DNA from: Armatimonadota bacterium
GTDB taxonomy: Bacteria; Armatimonadota; UBA5829; DSUL01
DNA length: 64,000 nt
Assembly: GCA_039811685.1 (NCBI GenBank)
Contig: JBDHZC010000002.1
Span: 576,001 to 640,000, forward strand
Direction: 5' to 3'
Part shown: positions 30,738 through 40,995 of the stretch, one piece after another
How positions within the stretch are numbered: position 1 is the stretch's first letter
How the letters are laid out: every line of letters starts with the position of its first letter
Notes under the pieces: generated by a model
Told to the model about the DNA's origin: nothing
The model's input: the letters and a program-made list of their open reading frames with translations, nothing else
Database searches by the model: none
Position numbers and translations under genes: made by a program

Positions 30738-32000
30738 ATGCGTGTCCTCGTTACAGACCCGTACTACTCCCCGGAGAGTGTCGGACCGGCCATCTGGATA
30801 GAGCAACTCAATCTGGACCTCGTGGAGCGCGGACACAAGGTGACCATGCTTACGGCCATGCCGCACTTCCCGCTGATGGTCGTTTTTGAGGGCTTCAAGC
30901 GCAAGCTGTTCATGCGCAGTATGGAGAACGGCGTGCGGGTTATCCGGTCCTGGGTTTACGCCAACGGAGACAAATCCTTCAAGCCACGCCTCCTCAACTG
31001 GGGAAGCTTCACGGTAACCTCCTTTCTCGCCGGACTCTTCAGCGCGCCAAAGTGCGATGTGGTGTACGCTATCCTATGGCCGCTGCCGCTCGGGGTGAGT
31101 TCGGCGTTTCTGGCATGGACTCGGGGAGCGAAGCTGGTGGTGAACGTGCAGGATATGTATCCTGACATCGCGATTTCACTGGGACTGCTCAAGAACCCGC
31201 GCGTTGTGCGCTTCTTTCAGAAGATGGAGAAGTGGATCTACCGGCGCGCCAGCAAAGTTGTGGTGCTCTCAGAGGGTTTCAAAGAGAATCTGCTGGCCAA
31301 AGGTGTGCCGGAGGACAAAATTGTTGTCATCCCAAACTGGGCGGATCCGGACGCTATCCAGCCCGGCCCTCGCGACAACAGCTTCCGCGAAGAGCTGGGG
31401 GTGGGTGAGCGCTTTACGGTGCTGTACTCCGGTGGCCTGACCCACAACAGCGATCTGGAGCCAGTGGTGAGGGCAGCGGCTCTACTCAGAGACGAACCAT
31501 TTGAGTTTGTCATCTGCGGAGACGGCTATCACAAACAGGCTTTGACCGATCTGGCCAAAGAGCTGAAACTCAGCAATCTGCAGTTCAAACCGTTTCAGCC
31601 TCTCGAATACTACCCGACTGTGCTCCAGGCGGCGGATATCACCCTTGTGACGCTGAATAATCAGTCCACGTACGCTTCCGTCCCGTCCAAGGTCTACAAG
31701 CAGATGGCTGCGGGCCGCGCCATTCTGGCGGTGACGGCTCCGGGCAACGAGGTGGACAGGATGATTTCAGAGGCGCAGTGCGGTCTGTGCGTGCCTCCGG
31801 GCGACCCCGAGGCTCTGGCGGAGAAGATCCGATGGGCTGCGCAACACAGGGACGAAGTGGACCAGATGGGCGCCAACGCGCGGGCCTATCTCGAATGCCA
31901 TCACGGTCGCAAACAGTGCGTGGATAGGATTGAAGAGGTTCTGCTGGAGGCTTGCGGCAAGTCCGGTCGCGCGCAGATTTCGACTTCTCGAGTGGCCTGA
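30738..32000 (+). CDS. Glycosyltransferase family 4 (WcaI/WbuB-like)
   Basis: YYSPE, VQDMYPD, IPNWAD, SVPSKVY..MAAGR. Confidence 0.9.
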   Translation: MRVLVTDPYYSPESVGPAIWIEQLNLDLVERGHKVTMLTAMPHFPLMVVFEGFKRKLFMRSMENGVRVIRSWVYANGDKSFKPRLLNWGSFTVTSFLAGLFSAPKCDVVYAILWPLPLGVSSAFLAWTRGAKLVVNVQDMYPDIAISLGLLKNPRVVRFFQKMEKWIYRRASKVVVLSEGFKENLLAKGVPEDKIVVIPNWADPDAIQPGPRDNSFREELGVGERFTVLYSGGLTHNSDLEPVVRAAALLRDEPFEFVICGDGYHKQALTDLAKELKLSNLQFKPFQPLEYYPTVLQAADITLVTLNNQSTYASVPSKVYKQMAAGRAILAVTAPGNEVDRMISEAQCGLCVPPGDPEALAEKIRWAAQHRDEVDQMGANARAYLECHHGRKQCVDRIEEVLLEACGKSGRAQISTSRVA

Positions 32001-32057
32001 AGAACCAGCCTCAGCGCACGCGGCTACAACCGGTGAAGTGGAGACCAGCTGCAGGAA

Positions 32058-33419
32058 TCAGGCGCTGGCGCCGTAGCGGCGCTCGGCATCATGGAGTGCC
32101 GCTTCCAGGAGACGCTCCAGAGTTTCCCGCTTATGTTGCTCGTGGCCGTTACCAGTGCGTTGTAAGGCGTTGCGGGTATCCACCACCAAGGCACAGCCTT
32201 CCAGTTTCTCGTACGGCAGGTCAGAGTGGTCAGTGCAGATGAGAACGCAGTCTGACTGCTTCAGTTCATCATCTGTGAGATCGACAGAATCAAAGCGCCC
32301 GCATCCGTTCTCGAAGCTGTAAACATGCGGATCGTGGTAGTGCACGCGCGCCCCACGGGCGACAAGGTTTTCGATGACCCGAATGGCGGGAGACTCGCGC
32401 ACATCGTCAATATCTTTCTTGTACGCGACACCCAGAACCAGAAGGTTGGAGCCTTTGAGCGGCTTGCCCTGCTCGTCAAGCGCATAGGCGACCTTGTCCA
32501 CGATCTTCTCCGGCATGTGTTCGTTAACATCGTTAGCCAGCTCGACAAAACGCAGGTTGAAGTTGTGCTGGCGGGCCTTGAAGAGCAGATACTGTGGGTC
32601 AACCGGAATACAGTGCCCACCGACACCCGGCCCAGGATAGAACGGCATAAAACCGAACGGTTTGGTAGAGGCCGCCTGAATGACCTCCCAGATGTTGATG
32701 CCCATCTTCTCGCACAGCATCGCCATTTCGTTGGCAAAGCCGATGTTGATGTGACGGAAGGTATTCTCGTAGAGCTTTGTCATCTCAGCGGTGCGCGGTG
32801 AGCTGACGGTATGCACTTCTTCGGCGACAACGCTGTAGAAGGCTTCAGCCAGCGCAGTGGCTTCAGGAGTCGTGCCAGCGACGATCTTGGGAGTGTTGCG
32901 CAGGGTAAACTCCGCGTTGCCAGGATCTATACGCTCCGGTGAAAAGGCCAGAAAGAAGTCCCGTCCCGCTTTGAGTCCGGACGTCTCCAGAATTGGTTGG
33001 AGAATCTCTTCGGTGGTGCCTGGAAAAGACGTGGACTCCAGAATAACCAGATGTCCCGGTTTGAGCTGCGAGGCCGCCATCTTCGCGGCAGCTTCTATGA
33101 AAGAGAGGTCCGGCTCGTTGCCGTGGCTGCACGGCGTGGGAACACAAATGGCGATAATGTCGGAAAGGTTCAGATACTTGGTGTTGGAGGTAGGTATGAA
33201 GCGCTCGCTGTTGATTATCTCAGCGACTGAGCCGGAGGAGACGTCTTTTATGTAGCTTTCGCCCGCCTGGAGCATCAGGAGCTTCTGGCCATCTATGTCC
33301 ACTCCTGCGACCTTCAGGCCAGCGCGAGCAAACTCCACTGCAAGAGGAAGCCCCACGTAACCCAGCCCGATCACTGCCAGCTTCGCCTGCCGCTTCGCTA
33401 TTTTCTCCAAAAGCACCAT
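32058..33419 (-). CDS. Nucleotide-sugar (UDP-HexNAc) 6-dehydrogenase, WbpA/WecC-like
   Basis: GLGYVGLP, CVPTP, FSPERIDPG, GVGGHCIPVDP, GVAYKKDIDDVRESP. Confidence 0.93.
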   Translation of the reverse strand: MVLLEKIAKRQAKLAVIGLGYVGLPLAVEFARAGLKVAGVDIDGQKLLMLQAGESYIKDVSSGSVAEIINSERFIPTSNTKYLNLSDIIAICVPTPCSHGNEPDLSFIEAAAKMAASQLKPGHLVILESTSFPGTTEEILQPILETSGLKAGRDFFLAFSPERIDPGNAEFTLRNTPKIVAGTTPEATALAEAFYSVVAEEVHTVSSPRTAEMTKLYENTFRHINIGFANEMAMLCEKMGINIWEVIQAASTKPFGFMPFYPGPGVGGHCIPVDPQYLLFKARQHNFNLRFVELANDVNEHMPEKIVDKVAYALDEQGKPLKGSNLLVLGVAYKKDIDDVRESPAIRVIENLVARGARVHYHDPHVYSFENGCGRFDSVDLTDDELKQSDCVLICTDHSDLPYEKLEGCALVVDTRNALQRTGNGHEQHKRETLERLLEAALHDAERRYGASA

Positions 33420-33738
33420 AAGAAAAAGTCGCGTCCTTTCTGCAGTCGTTAGACGAGGAGCCATACCGCCGTCTAAACAGCCAGTATCGACAGCCCGTTA
33501 GCACCGCCAGCCGGCAGTCGCGGCGGTGTATCGCTGTCTCGAGTCTGTGCCAGACTTCTGAAAGCCTGCCACACCCCGCCGGCCCGAGGAAAACGAGTGC
33601 CACACCCCTGCGTTTTGCGCTGACCGGCTGACCTATTGTATTGTGGCGTCCGCACGCCAAATCTGAACCTTTTCCTTCTGAAAAGCCAGATACTCAGAAG
33701 TCTATTTCAGATGTTTTTTCCCACTGTTGAGCCGAAGC

Positions 33739-33767
33739 ATTCTATCTTTGGCACATAGAATTGTCAA
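33739..33767 (-). promoter_or_regulatory. Near-consensus sigma70 promoter upstream of the dehydrogenase
   Basis: TTGACA-N17-TAGAAT on the minus strand. Confidence 0.6.
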
Positions 33768-33811
33768 TTGTTGCACCATACCTGAACACAATTCAGCCGG
33801 TGCACGCGAAG

Positions 33812-36778
33812 CTACTTGGCAATCAACGCTGCAGCGATTGCGACGTTTCCGACAATGCGGGCAATCTCAGAGATGCCATCCCACCGGTTGCGCGGCGCGG
33901 TGAGGGCTTTTGCTGGAACGATGATGATGTCGCCAAGCTCCACCTCCCGCACGGAAGAGCGGGGAGCGATGTCTCCATTGGCGCGTACGACGACAACATT
34001 CTTCTTGTCTGCGTCGCGCGCATAGTTACCGACTCTCTTGACATAGTCGTCAATCCGCTGTCCCGGACGGTAAACAACCACAGAAGGGTTTATGACCGCG
34101 CCTGCGACACTGACCACCAGCGGTTTCTTCGGGACGACCAGTTTATCGCCAGCTTCCAGCGGAATGTCGTCCTCAGACCCGGGATGAGCCAGCGCGGAGG
34201 TAAGGTGAATTGTCAGACGGCTGGTCCTGGATACCTGCTCCACTGTGCGGGGTTGGTCCAGCATCACTTCCCCACGCGGGCCAGCCTGCGCCCCCCTGGA
34301 CTGGTCCGCAATGTTGGTGAGAACGGACGTGGCAGCCAAGGTCGTGTTCCCCGTGGAGACCGACGGTGTTGAAACGGCCGGCGCCCGGATGCCGTACTTC
34401 GCCAGTTCGAGTGTTCTGAGCTCATCGCTCAGCTTGTCGAGTCCCTGCTGAATGTCAGCGGCGATGTCAACCTGGCGCTCGGCCAGCACCACGCTGGTAT
34501 CTCGCGCAAAGATTGCGCCCTCCGCGAAGGCGTCTCCGGTCAGTCCACCAGCTCTGGCTATCAGGCTGGAGAGCTTCTCTCCGCGAGCCGTCAGAGCGTA
34601 TGGTCCGGGGTACTTCACTTCACCAGCCAGATAAACCACCTCGGCCTGAACCTGCGCATCCCGCCGGTTGCGCACGGAAACCTGATCCCGATCCTGCAGA
34701 ATGAGATTGTCCGTTTCAGCGCCGTCCATGGCTTTGGCAAGGTTGACGGTGAGCACCTGCAGTTGTCCGTTCTCCGCCGGATCAGCGCGGCCAATCTCAA
34801 CTACTCCGTAAGCCTCGGGTTTCGCCCCACCCGCAGCTATGATCAGGTCGCGCAGGCGCATGTTCTCTTTGCGCTCATAGACTCCTGGGCGGCTGACCTC
34901 ACCCTCAATGCCGACAGTGCGGTTCAGAGAGGCGGCTTCTTCAAGAGAGTAGATAATGACGCGGTCGCGCGGCTGAAGGGCGATATCCTGCGAAGCTTCA
35001 CGCGCCATCGCCCCCCTCAGGTTGGCGCTGAGAAGCTGCGTGCCGCCGTCCGGAGTCACGCGGATAACTGTGGCGCGGTCAAGGAAAATCTCGGTGTCAT
35101 CAAAGCCTTCGGCGCGCTGCACGAGAGCCGAGAGCGTCATAGCGTCGGAGAGCTCGTAGGCGCCCGGGCGCTTGACATGACCGATAATCTCCACCCGATT
35201 AGCGGCGTCGTCCAACACCGGACGAACCAGCACAGAGTCACCGTTCTGCAATGGAATCCGCCAGTCCGGCGCAGTTGGGGAGGACAGGGCTAGATCCATC
35301 ATGATCTTCTTTGTGGAGCCAACTACACGCTCAATGCGCACATCGCTGAGGGAAGCCAGACCGCTGGCGCCGCCAGCCATCCGCAGGACGTCGCCCACGT
35401 CGGTAGGGCCGTTTATCTCATATATCGCAGGGCGGCGCACTTCTCCCAGCACAGTTACGGTGGGACCAAGTGCAGGCACAAACACACTGTCTCCGCTTTG
35501 CAGTGTCAGGTCCTTTGAGCGGTCTCCCTTGAGAAGGATGTCGTACAGATCAACGGTGGCCAGAGTCTGTTTGTTGCGCTCAACGCGGATGGTGCGCAAA
35601 GAGCCGGTCATGCTGGGGCCACCGGCGCTGTACAGAGCGTTCAAGAGCGTGGACAGTCCCGGAAGAACATAGGAACCCGGCTTCTTGACTTCGCCGATAA
35701 CGAACACTTGAATGGGGCGGATCGAGCTCAGAGCCACCTGCGTCATCAGAGCCGGAAACTTGGCCCGCACCTGACCTGCGATGGCCTGCTGAGCGCCCAG
35801 GACCGTCATCCCGCTGACTTTGATGAGGCCGACATTGGGAATCTGCACGCGCCCAAGGGCGTCCACCAGAAGCTGCAGATTCGTCTCCTGGCCAACAGGG
35901 CTCGTGAGGATGACACGGACGTAATCCCCCGGACCGAGCGGGTACTCGGCCGGAGCGGGAAGATTTGGAATGGGTTGAAATCCTTCACTGCCCGCATTGA
36001 AGAAGTCGTAGCCAAAGGGCGTGACCTGGAGACCCTGCGGCCCGGGGGGCAGCAGGACTGGCGAACTCAGAACCGGCGCTTGCTGCGGCTGCGGCTGTGG
36101 TTGAGGAGGCTGGACAGAGGGCGTGACCGAAGGCGCGGATACTTGCGTCTGTGGAGGCTGCGAAGGCTGCAACAACCCGGGCTGAAGGGCGCCTGGCGCA
36201 GAAAGTGGTTGCGCGCCAGTCGAGACGGCGGGCGGATAGATGGGCAACGGCTGCGGCTGGGGCGGCTGTCCGGCAGTGCTTTGAGACGGCGAGGTGGCTG
36301 ATGCTCCTGGTTGTGAAGGCTGCAGCGCAAACGGAGACGGCGGCTGCGGCGCTGGATAGCTAACCTGAGGAACAGCAGGTGGTGCGATGGAACCTGAAGG
36401 AGCCGGCGCGGGAACTCCATAGCTTCCTGGTGGAGCTATGGCAGCCGGCGGATAGACGAAATAGTACTGCGGGCCGCTGTAATACTGCGGAGGGAGAAAC
36501 TGCGGTGTCGCTGAGGCGGGCGGATAGCTGTTGACACCGGGCGCGGGGTATTGCCACGGCTGCCCGGTATACCTCACAGGCGGCATTGCGTACGGCGGTG
36601 GGTAACCAGGGCTGTAGGTGTACCCATAATAGTTGTAGCCGTAGCCGGGGTTGGAATAGGCTGGGCTTTGCGTCTGCGCGTTCGCGACAGAGAGCAGTGC
36701 CAGAAATACTCCCAGCGATACCGAAGCGCACCGTACCTTTGCGCCGAATCTCAAGAGTCTGTTGTAGGGGTTAGGCAT
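33812..36778 (-). CDS. Polysaccharide export protein with multiple SLBB repeats (Wza/KpsD-like)
   Basis: PFGYDFF, Y.LGPGD, VIGEV..PG.Y and repeated 'AGG' SLBB units; GGAGG RBS. Confidence 0.9.
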   Translation of the reverse strand: MPNPYNRLLRFGAKVRCASVSLGVFLALLSVANAQTQSPAYSNPGYGYNYYGYTYSPGYPPPYAMPPVRYTGQPWQYPAPGVNSYPPASATPQFLPPQYYSGPQYYFVYPPAAIAPPGSYGVPAPAPSGSIAPPAVPQVSYPAPQPPSPFALQPSQPGASATSPSQSTAGQPPQPQPLPIYPPAVSTGAQPLSAPGALQPGLLQPSQPPQTQVSAPSVTPSVQPPQPQPQPQQAPVLSSPVLLPPGPQGLQVTPFGYDFFNAGSEGFQPIPNLPAPAEYPLGPGDYVRVILTSPVGQETNLQLLVDALGRVQIPNVGLIKVSGMTVLGAQQAIAGQVRAKFPALMTQVALSSIRPIQVFVIGEVKKPGSYVLPGLSTLLNALYSAGGPSMTGSLRTIRVERNKQTLATVDLYDILLKGDRSKDLTLQSGDSVFVPALGPTVTVLGEVRRPAIYEINGPTDVGDVLRMAGGASGLASLSDVRIERVVGSTKKIMMDLALSSPTAPDWRIPLQNGDSVLVRPVLDDAANRVEIIGHVKRPGAYELSDAMTLSALVQRAEGFDDTEIFLDRATVIRVTPDGGTQLLSANLRGAMAREASQDIALQPRDRVIIYSLEEAASLNRTVGIEGEVSRPGVYERKENMRLRDLIIAAGGAKPEAYGVVEIGRADPAENGQLQVLTVNLAKAMDGAETDNLILQDRDQVSVRNRRDAQVQAEVVYLAGEVKYPGPYALTARGEKLSSLIARAGGLTGDAFAEGAIFARDTSVVLAERQVDIAADIQQGLDKLSDELRTLELAKYGIRAPAVSTPSVSTGNTTLAATSVLTNIADQSRGAQAGPRGEVMLDQPRTVEQVSRTSRLTIHLTSALAHPGSEDDIPLEAGDKLVVPKKPLVVSVAGAVINPSVVVYRPGQRIDDYVKRVGNYARDADKKNVVVVRANGDIAPRSSVREVELGDIIIVPAKALTAPRNRWDGISEIARIVGNVAIAAALIAK

Positions 36779-36961
36779 GCCTTTGATCCTCCAGACGGAG
36801 CCTGCAAACGTAGAGTGCGCCTTCCTTAGCTGCACTGACTGTCACCATACAACAAAGCCCGCCGCCGCAGCCGCTCTGACGGGTGGGTGAACGCCTCATC
36901 ATATACCACTGCAAGACTCCCGGCGTCAAGAATTCTTGAACTTATGGCTCAGTCTCAACTT

Positions 36962-38702
36962 TTACAGACGCTTCGGCGCAGCGTATGTGACACGCAGCCG
37001 GTACGGCAACGCCCGGCGTCCCGCTGGCAGACTGGAAGCCTGCAGGTCAAAGCTGTACCAGCCTGTGCGCAGAGCCGTAACTCTCAGCGCGGCAGTTCTC
37101 GATCCGCGGCGAACGAGTAACGCACCCAGTGTGCGTCCATCCGGTCCGAGCGCTCTCAGCCGCACGCGAGTGCGCACAGTCCAGTCTGTCCGGCTCAGAA
37201 AAAGCTCAGCTTTCATGGCTGTTAATCCGGTGGCAAAGACCCGCACCGGAGTCACTGGTTTGATGCCCACAGGTGGAATGTCGAGGTCCGCAGCGCCTTC
37301 GTAGACCTGGGTTACAGTGTAGGACGCAGGTGGTGGCACGATAAGTTTCCGGCCAGCGGGAGCATAGCAGACGTATCCGTGCCCGTCTGAGTTGGCTGGA
37401 ACAGTTAGCGTGATCACCCCGTAATCGCCTGTGGCTACATCCGGCGCATGACCTGTGTAGTCGTGGAGAATCACACCAGGCCCCCAGCCAGTGGCCGGGG
37501 TCACTGTCCTGCTGACGGATGGGCTGTCGTTCAGGCCTACCAGAAGAGCCGGCTGGCCGTCGCGCGTGCGCTCGTAAACAAAGACATCGTCATCTTTCCA
37601 GCGCTCGCGCGTAGCGGTAGCGTCAAAGGTGTTTCTAATCGCAATGAGACGGTCAATATCAGGTTTGAGGCCCAGACATCCGGGGCGAACACTGTAATCC
37701 TGGTAGAAGACGCACGGAGTGCCTTCGCTGGTCAATATGCAGGCGTAGGCGATGGCTTTGTTCGGCACAGGGTCTTCACGGATGGTGTCGTGGTTGTCAA
37801 CAAAGGTTACAGAGTGGGAGGCATCCCGGCCTGTGAAGCCGCCCCGGTGCAGACGCCGCATATCGAAGGAGCCGTTCGCCCTGCACATATCCCGCAGCAG
37901 ATAGCGCAGTGGAAAATCAAAAGCGCTTACGCAGCCAGCCATACAGCTCTGGACATAGTCCGCGACAGCCTTGTCATCGCCGTCCCAGAACTCCGCTACA
38001 GCGAACTTGTCCCTGCGACTACCCTCACGCAGCAAGCTCATCAGCCACGTGCAGGAGATGCCTTTGACGTAGTCCAACCGATAGCCCTGAACGTCCAGTG
38101 CCCGCGTCATCCAGTCCACAGAGTCCTTGAGTCCCTCGCCGATACGCGCGCCGTTGACATGCGCGACATCCCGTCCGAAAGAGGCGATATCCGCCGGGAC
38201 GTCAGGGTCCTGTGGCACGTTCGGGTGAAAGTCCTTCGCGCTCTTGGGAAAGCGCCCCGTGCCGGGTACCCCGCCAGCTCCGTTGTAAGCAAAAGTGTAG
38301 TTGCCTGGATCGCCGTTGCGGTGGTTCAGCACCAGGTCCACATAGACGGCCAGGCCGTTTGCGCGCATTACAGCGACGCTGCGCTCCAATTGCTCACGAG
38401 TCCCGTAGCGCGTTGGGACAGTTCCTCTCTGGTCTTTTGATCCGAGGTCGTAGTCGTCGAACGGGTCGTACCCGACCGAGAATCCGCCAGAGGCGCCCTT
38501 CAGCACGGGAGGAATCCAGACAGAAGTGAAGCCGCTGCGCCCAAGCTCTTCCGCTTCAGAGGCGAGCTGATCCCACCACCAGGGAGCCAGCTTGTCTCCA
38601 GCAGCGGGCGACGGCACATCCCAGTAGAAACCCTGCAGCATAACCGGCGCGCGCGCCAGCGCGACGCTTGAGCCGGCAATGAGCCACGCGCAGGCTACCA
38701 AT
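36962..38702 (-). CDS. Secreted alpha-amylase, GH13 (start uncertain)
   Basis: VMLQGFYW, GYDPFDDYDLG, DLVLNH, GYRLDYVKG, AEFWD, FVDNHD. Confidence 0.9.
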
Positions 38703-38720
38703 AGAAGGCGAACGAGTCTG

Positions 38721-39212
38721 TTATCTCTTCTTCTGGCACTCAGGGCAGTAGCCGCCCACCTCGCAGCGAGCCATCTCAATGGTGTAGCCGGTCTGAGCCT
38801 GAATCTCACGCTCAACGTCTGCCCAGGCTTGCGGACTGGCTTCACGCACCTGGCCGCACCCTGTACAGACAATATGCAGGTGCATTTTGTCTGGCGCAAG
38901 CTCGTAGAAGTGTCCGTCGTGACGGAAGTGCAGCAAATCCAGCTCGTCTATCAGGCCAAGCTGCCGCAAACGCCGGATGGTGCGGTAAACAGTGGTTTTA
39001 TCAATGTCAGGAACCCGCCGCTTTGCCTGCTCCAGAAGCTTCTTGGCGTCCAGGTGGTCGGCTGCGTTGTCCAGAAGGTCAACGATAGCCACCCTCTGAC
39101 GCGTCATCCGGATTCCCTTTTCCCGGCACGCCTGCTTCAACGCCCCGCGTGGCCGCGCTGGCGCCGTGCGTTCACGCGTTGATTTTTGATCGGAGTCACT
39201 CACATGAGGCAT
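38721..39212 (-). CDS. Fur-family transcriptional regulator
   Basis: RMTRQR, HLDA, TTVYRT, HLHIVCTGCG, GYCPEC. Confidence 0.92.
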   Translation of the reverse strand: MPHVSDSDQKSTRERTAPARPRGALKQACREKGIRMTRQRVAIVDLLDNAADHLDAKKLLEQAKRRVPDIDKTTVYRTIRRLRQLGLIDELDLLHFRHDGHFYELAPDKMHLHIVCTGCGQVREASPQAWADVEREIQAQTGYTIEMARCEVGGYCPECQKKR

Positions 39213-39472
39213 GGTGCGACTTTGAGCAGATCTTGTCAATGCCCGGACAGCGCACGTCTCCGAAGGAGATACACTCCTCTGGCGATAAGGAGTTAGCGAG
39301 TTGGACTGCTCAGCGAAAGAGGTCTGCAGGCCGCCTGAGCGCCGCGACCCCGTGAGTATCTGATACGCGTTTTTGAGAAGTGTTGCGCCGGATTACCCCG
39401 CATGCAGCGCAGAGCGCGAAGCCTGCGTCAACTTGTGGACCCGGCCTGAGTGTCAACTGGGAGCTTGGAGCA

Positions 39473-40861
39473 ATGGAACTGATAACGCCAGAGATCACCC
39501 CGCCGCTGGAAGACAGCTATCGACCGGCGGTCCTTGCCAACCGTTCTTTTTGCAGTGCGGTGAATGAGTCCGGCGGAGGACTGCCGCTGCGGATTCTGCT
39601 GGAGCGAGGCGGCGGGGCGACGTCAGTCTTTGACACGTACGTCTTTGCCGCAGGTCATCCGCGGGAACAGGAAAATCTGAGGTACGTGGAGCGGCTTGTC
39701 AAATTCCTGCTGTGGCAGCGGGGCGGCTGGCGAGTGGTAATCGGAGGGCCGCAGGCTATTGCCGAGCATATAAAACAGGTGTACAGCCCTGGCGGCGCTC
39801 GCGCGTTTGACTATGAGTTTATGGGCAATGTTTACGGCCACCGCTTTACGGTGGAGGCCTGCGGTGCAGACGAGATCGAAGACCCCAAGGAAACGGCCGT
39901 GGCTGTGGGCCGGCATACGGACGGCTGCCGGATCGGCTTTGACGCCGGGGCAAGTGACTGGAAGGTCGCTGCGGTCATTGACGGGGAGAGCGTCTTCAGT
40001 ACAGAAACTCCCTGGGACCCGCGCAACAACAGCGACTGGCGCTATCACTACGGACACATTAACAACGCGCTGAAACTGGCGGCGTCCAAAATGCCCCACC
40101 TGGATGGAATCGGAGTCAGCTCGGCAGGAATCTATATCGACAATCAGGCGATGGCGGCATCGCTGTTCAGGGGAGTTCCCAAAGCGGATTTCGAAGAGCA
40201 CGTCAAACCGATCTTCCTCAATATCCAAAAGGAGTGGGGAGTACCTCTGGAGGTAGCCAACGACGGCGATGTGACAGCGCTGGCCGGGTCTATGTCGCTG
40301 GGAGTCAACCGCGTGCTGGGCATTGCAATGGGCTCCAGTGAGGCCGCTGGCTACGTTGACGCAAGTGGAAACATCACTGGCTGGTTGAACGAACTCGCCT
40401 TTGCGCCGGTGGATTACAGCCCTTCCGCGCCTGTAGATGAATGGTCTGGCGACAGTGGCGTGGGGGCGCTTTATTTCTCCCAGCAGGCAGCCATTCGTCT
40501 GGCGCCAAAGGCGGGCATAGCGCTTAAGGAAGGCTCCATGCCCGGCGACAAGCTGGCGGAAGTACAGCAGATGATGAAGGCCGGAGATGAGCGCGCGGCG
40601 GCAATTTTTGAGAGCATTGGCGTCTATCTGGGCTATACAGTCGCTGAGTACGCGAGCTTCTACGATCTTGCCCACGTGCTGGTGCTCGGCCGGGTGACCT
40701 CCGGAGAGGGTGGGCACATCATTCTGGACACGGCCAAGCGAGTGCTGGAGAAGCAGTTCCCGGACCTGGACGACATCAGCGTGAACCTACCGGATGAGAA
40801 GAGCCGGCGGGTTGGCCAGGCGGTCGCGGCGGCCAGCCTTCCAGAGGTTGCAACCGCCTAG
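39473..40861 (+). CDS. ROK-family protein
   Basis: IGFDAGASD.K, GIGVSSAG, VANDGDVTALA, ELAF. Confidence 0.85.
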   Translation: MELITPEITPPLEDSYRPAVLANRSFCSAVNESGGGLPLRILLERGGGATSVFDTYVFAAGHPREQENLRYVERLVKFLLWQRGGWRVVIGGPQAIAEHIKQVYSPGGARAFDYEFMGNVYGHRFTVEACGADEIEDPKETAVAVGRHTDGCRIGFDAGASDWKVAAVIDGESVFSTETPWDPRNNSDWRYHYGHINNALKLAASKMPHLDGIGVSSAGIYIDNQAMAASLFRGVPKADFEEHVKPIFLNIQKEWGVPLEVANDGDVTALAGSMSLGVNRVLGIAMGSSEAAGYVDASGNITGWLNELAFAPVDYSPSAPVDEWSGDSGVGALYFSQQAAIRLAPKAGIALKEGSMPGDKLAEVQQMMKAGDERAAAIFESIGVYLGYTVAEYASFYDLAHVLVLGRVTSGEGGHIILDTAKRVLEKQFPDLDDISVNLPDEKSRRVGQAVAAASLPEVATA

Positions 40862-40995
40862 GCGGCAGGCCGGGTGGGTACGTGAAAACCTATGAATCCT
40901 GAGGCGCACGAAAGGCGGCGCTTGCACAAGGGAATGGTGAAGTCCTGAACGAACCTTCAAGAGACTTCATTCCCAATCTATCCTAGAGGTTATCA

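Noticed and set aside
33749..33764. TGGCAC...TTGT as a sigma54 promoter
   Set aside because: Wrong spacing and no GC at -12; a sigma70 promoter on the opposite strand fits better
39623..40717. Long antisense ORFs (also 17162-18148, 28482-29390, 37448-38440, 54953-55867)
   Set aside because: Shadow frames of well-supported genes in GC-rich DNA
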